NCBI GenBank assembly: GCA_943704425.1
Contig: CALSCP010001894.1
Coordinates: 1 to 36,882 of the forward strand
DNA: 36,882 nucleotides
Source: Ministeria vibrans ATCC 50519
Taxonomy: Eukaryota > Protista > Filasterea
Reading direction: 5' to 3'
The translations under genes were made by a program, and so were the position numbers. The notes beneath the pieces are model-generated. The model did not search any database and had not been told where the DNA came from. It worked only from the letters and a program-made list of their open reading frames with translations. Shown here piece by piece: positions 35,545-36,882 of this stretch (position 1 is its first letter; each line of letters starts with the position of its first letter).

Positions 35545-36647
35545 ATGCGCCTGGTATGGCTTGTCATTGCCATTTCGTTGATGGCACGCTCTGTGTTTGC
35601 CGATACGGACGAAGGAACGACGCATGTTGTTGCGCTCACGGATGAAACGTTTGCCGAAAGCATCAACGCCGCTCCCATTGCGCTTGTCGAGTTCTACGCC
35701 CCCTGGTGTGGCCATTGCAAGTCACTTGAGCCTGAATACGAGAAGGCAGCTGCAGAATTGGCGGTAAGACGGCTGAAAGTGACTGGCCAATAGAACGTCA
35801 GACCGTGTCACAAACTTGGCGTCTGCCCATATCCCTCGCAGCGCTCCCTTCCTGCCGCGCCTGCCCTCCCTTTGCCCTTTCCCAGTGTCTCTCTGCGCCA
35901 TTGCGCTGCGTTGTTTCGCCGATGGCCAGTCAGCTGATGTTGTGTCGTGTAGCAACACACTCCGCCAGTGCCCCTCTTCAAGGTGGACGCCACAGTGGCG
36001 ACGGGTCTCGCCGAGCAATTCTCGATTCAGGGTTACCCTACACTGAAGGTTTTCCGCAAGGGAGACGCCTTCGACTTTGAGGGAGGACGCACAGCCGAGA
36101 CCATTGTTGCTGAAATGCACAAGCAGGCGGATCCGTCGTACGAGCCGCCGGTGAGCGCCGTTGTGACGCTCACCGACCAGACATTCAGTGACTACGTCAA
36201 CGTCGACCAGACCAAGCTGGTGCTGGTGGAGTTCTACGCCCCGTGGTGCGGCCATTGCAAGCGACTCGCACCCGAGTACGAGCGGGCGGCGACTCGTCTC
36301 GCTCCTCTCGGCATCATTCTAGCCAAAATCGACGCCTCGGCCCACACTCAGTCGGCCCAACAGTAACGCGAGAAAAATCAAAGAGAATAGAGAGAGAGAG
36401 AGAGAGAGAATTTGTCTGATCTGTGCATTGTAGTTATGATGTCAAAGGCTTTCCAACATTGATTCTGTTCCGCAAAGGCCAACGCTACGAATTCCCTTCG
36501 AGTGCACGCACTGAAAACGCCATTGTCGAAGAGATGGAGCTCCAAGCGACCCCAGCCGCACAAATGCTGACGGCCAAGCACCAGGTGGCGTCGTTCTGGG
36601 ACGACCGGGACCAGGCAGGCGTCGTGGCCTTCTTGCCCTCCCTCAAG
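35545..36647 (+). CDS. PDIA4: Protein disulfide-isomerase A4 (ERp72)-like; 3' end beyond window (exons 35545-35763, 35953-36362, 36434-36647, ...)
   Basis: Signal peptide; two tandem N-terminal thioredoxin domains [12 protein letters not shown] joined by the DPSYEPP linker, then the start of a b domain (a0-a-b order typical of ERp72). Confidence 0.85.
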
Positions 36648-36748
36648 GTACTCTCACATTGTTCAAATTGTTCTCTCACACTCTCTTGTTCTTCTTTCTC
36701 TCTCCTTTATTTCTTTGTCTTTGTTTTCTATCACTTTGTTCTCTGTCA

Positions 36749-36751
<3 letters not shown>

Positions 36752-36843
<92 letters not shown>

Positions 36844-36858
36844 CCTCTCTCTCTCTCT
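36752..36858. repeat. (CT)n intronic microsatellite
   Basis: Direct observation. Confidence 0.95.
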
Positions 36859-36882
36859 CGCCTGTCTGTCTAACTGTGTAGA

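Noticed and set aside
35424-35547. ALKBH6-like and PDIA4 sharing overlapping ATGs in the CATG at 35544-35547
   Set aside because: A splice model exists, but MASPVPGLP at 35424 already fits the expected family N-terminus; no need to invoke it.

Overview
Gene-dense, intron-rich eukaryotic scaffold: short GT-AG introns, many microsatellites, standard genetic code, and two N-gaps (1563-1618, 8974-8983). Gene content points to a unicellular holozoan, choanoflagellate/filasterean-like (inference): Max, a Mondo/Mlx-family bHLH-ZIP, a Notch-type cbEGF membrane protein, MGAT4 and TMEM170 occur together with the ERMES subunit Mmm1. Manual splicing gives about 16 genes in this order: small secreted protein(-), longin-like protein(-), MMM1(-), SMC6 3' part(-), EGF-repeat TM protein 3' part(+), beta-helix protein 3' part(-), SMC6 5' part(-), ATAD5(+), amidase(-), MGAT4(+), arylsulfatase(-), TMEM170(+), JmjC(-), MAX(-), Mondo/Mlx-like(+), ALKBH6-like(-), PDIA4(+, runs off the window). 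Main points of interest: (1) Max and a Mondo/Mlx-type gene are head-to-head, 307 bp apart. (2) Five copies of a ~25-nt AATAAATGGGTTGTA(TTC)n element, one with a 14-bp target-site duplication. (3) SMC6 lacks its hinge-containing middle, which is replaced by ~7 kb holding two 5'-truncated genes (probably misassembly). (4) The SMC6/ATAD5 bidirectional promoter has a CDE/CHR-like and Myb-site architecture. All family assignments come from recognising motifs by eye; no database search was run.
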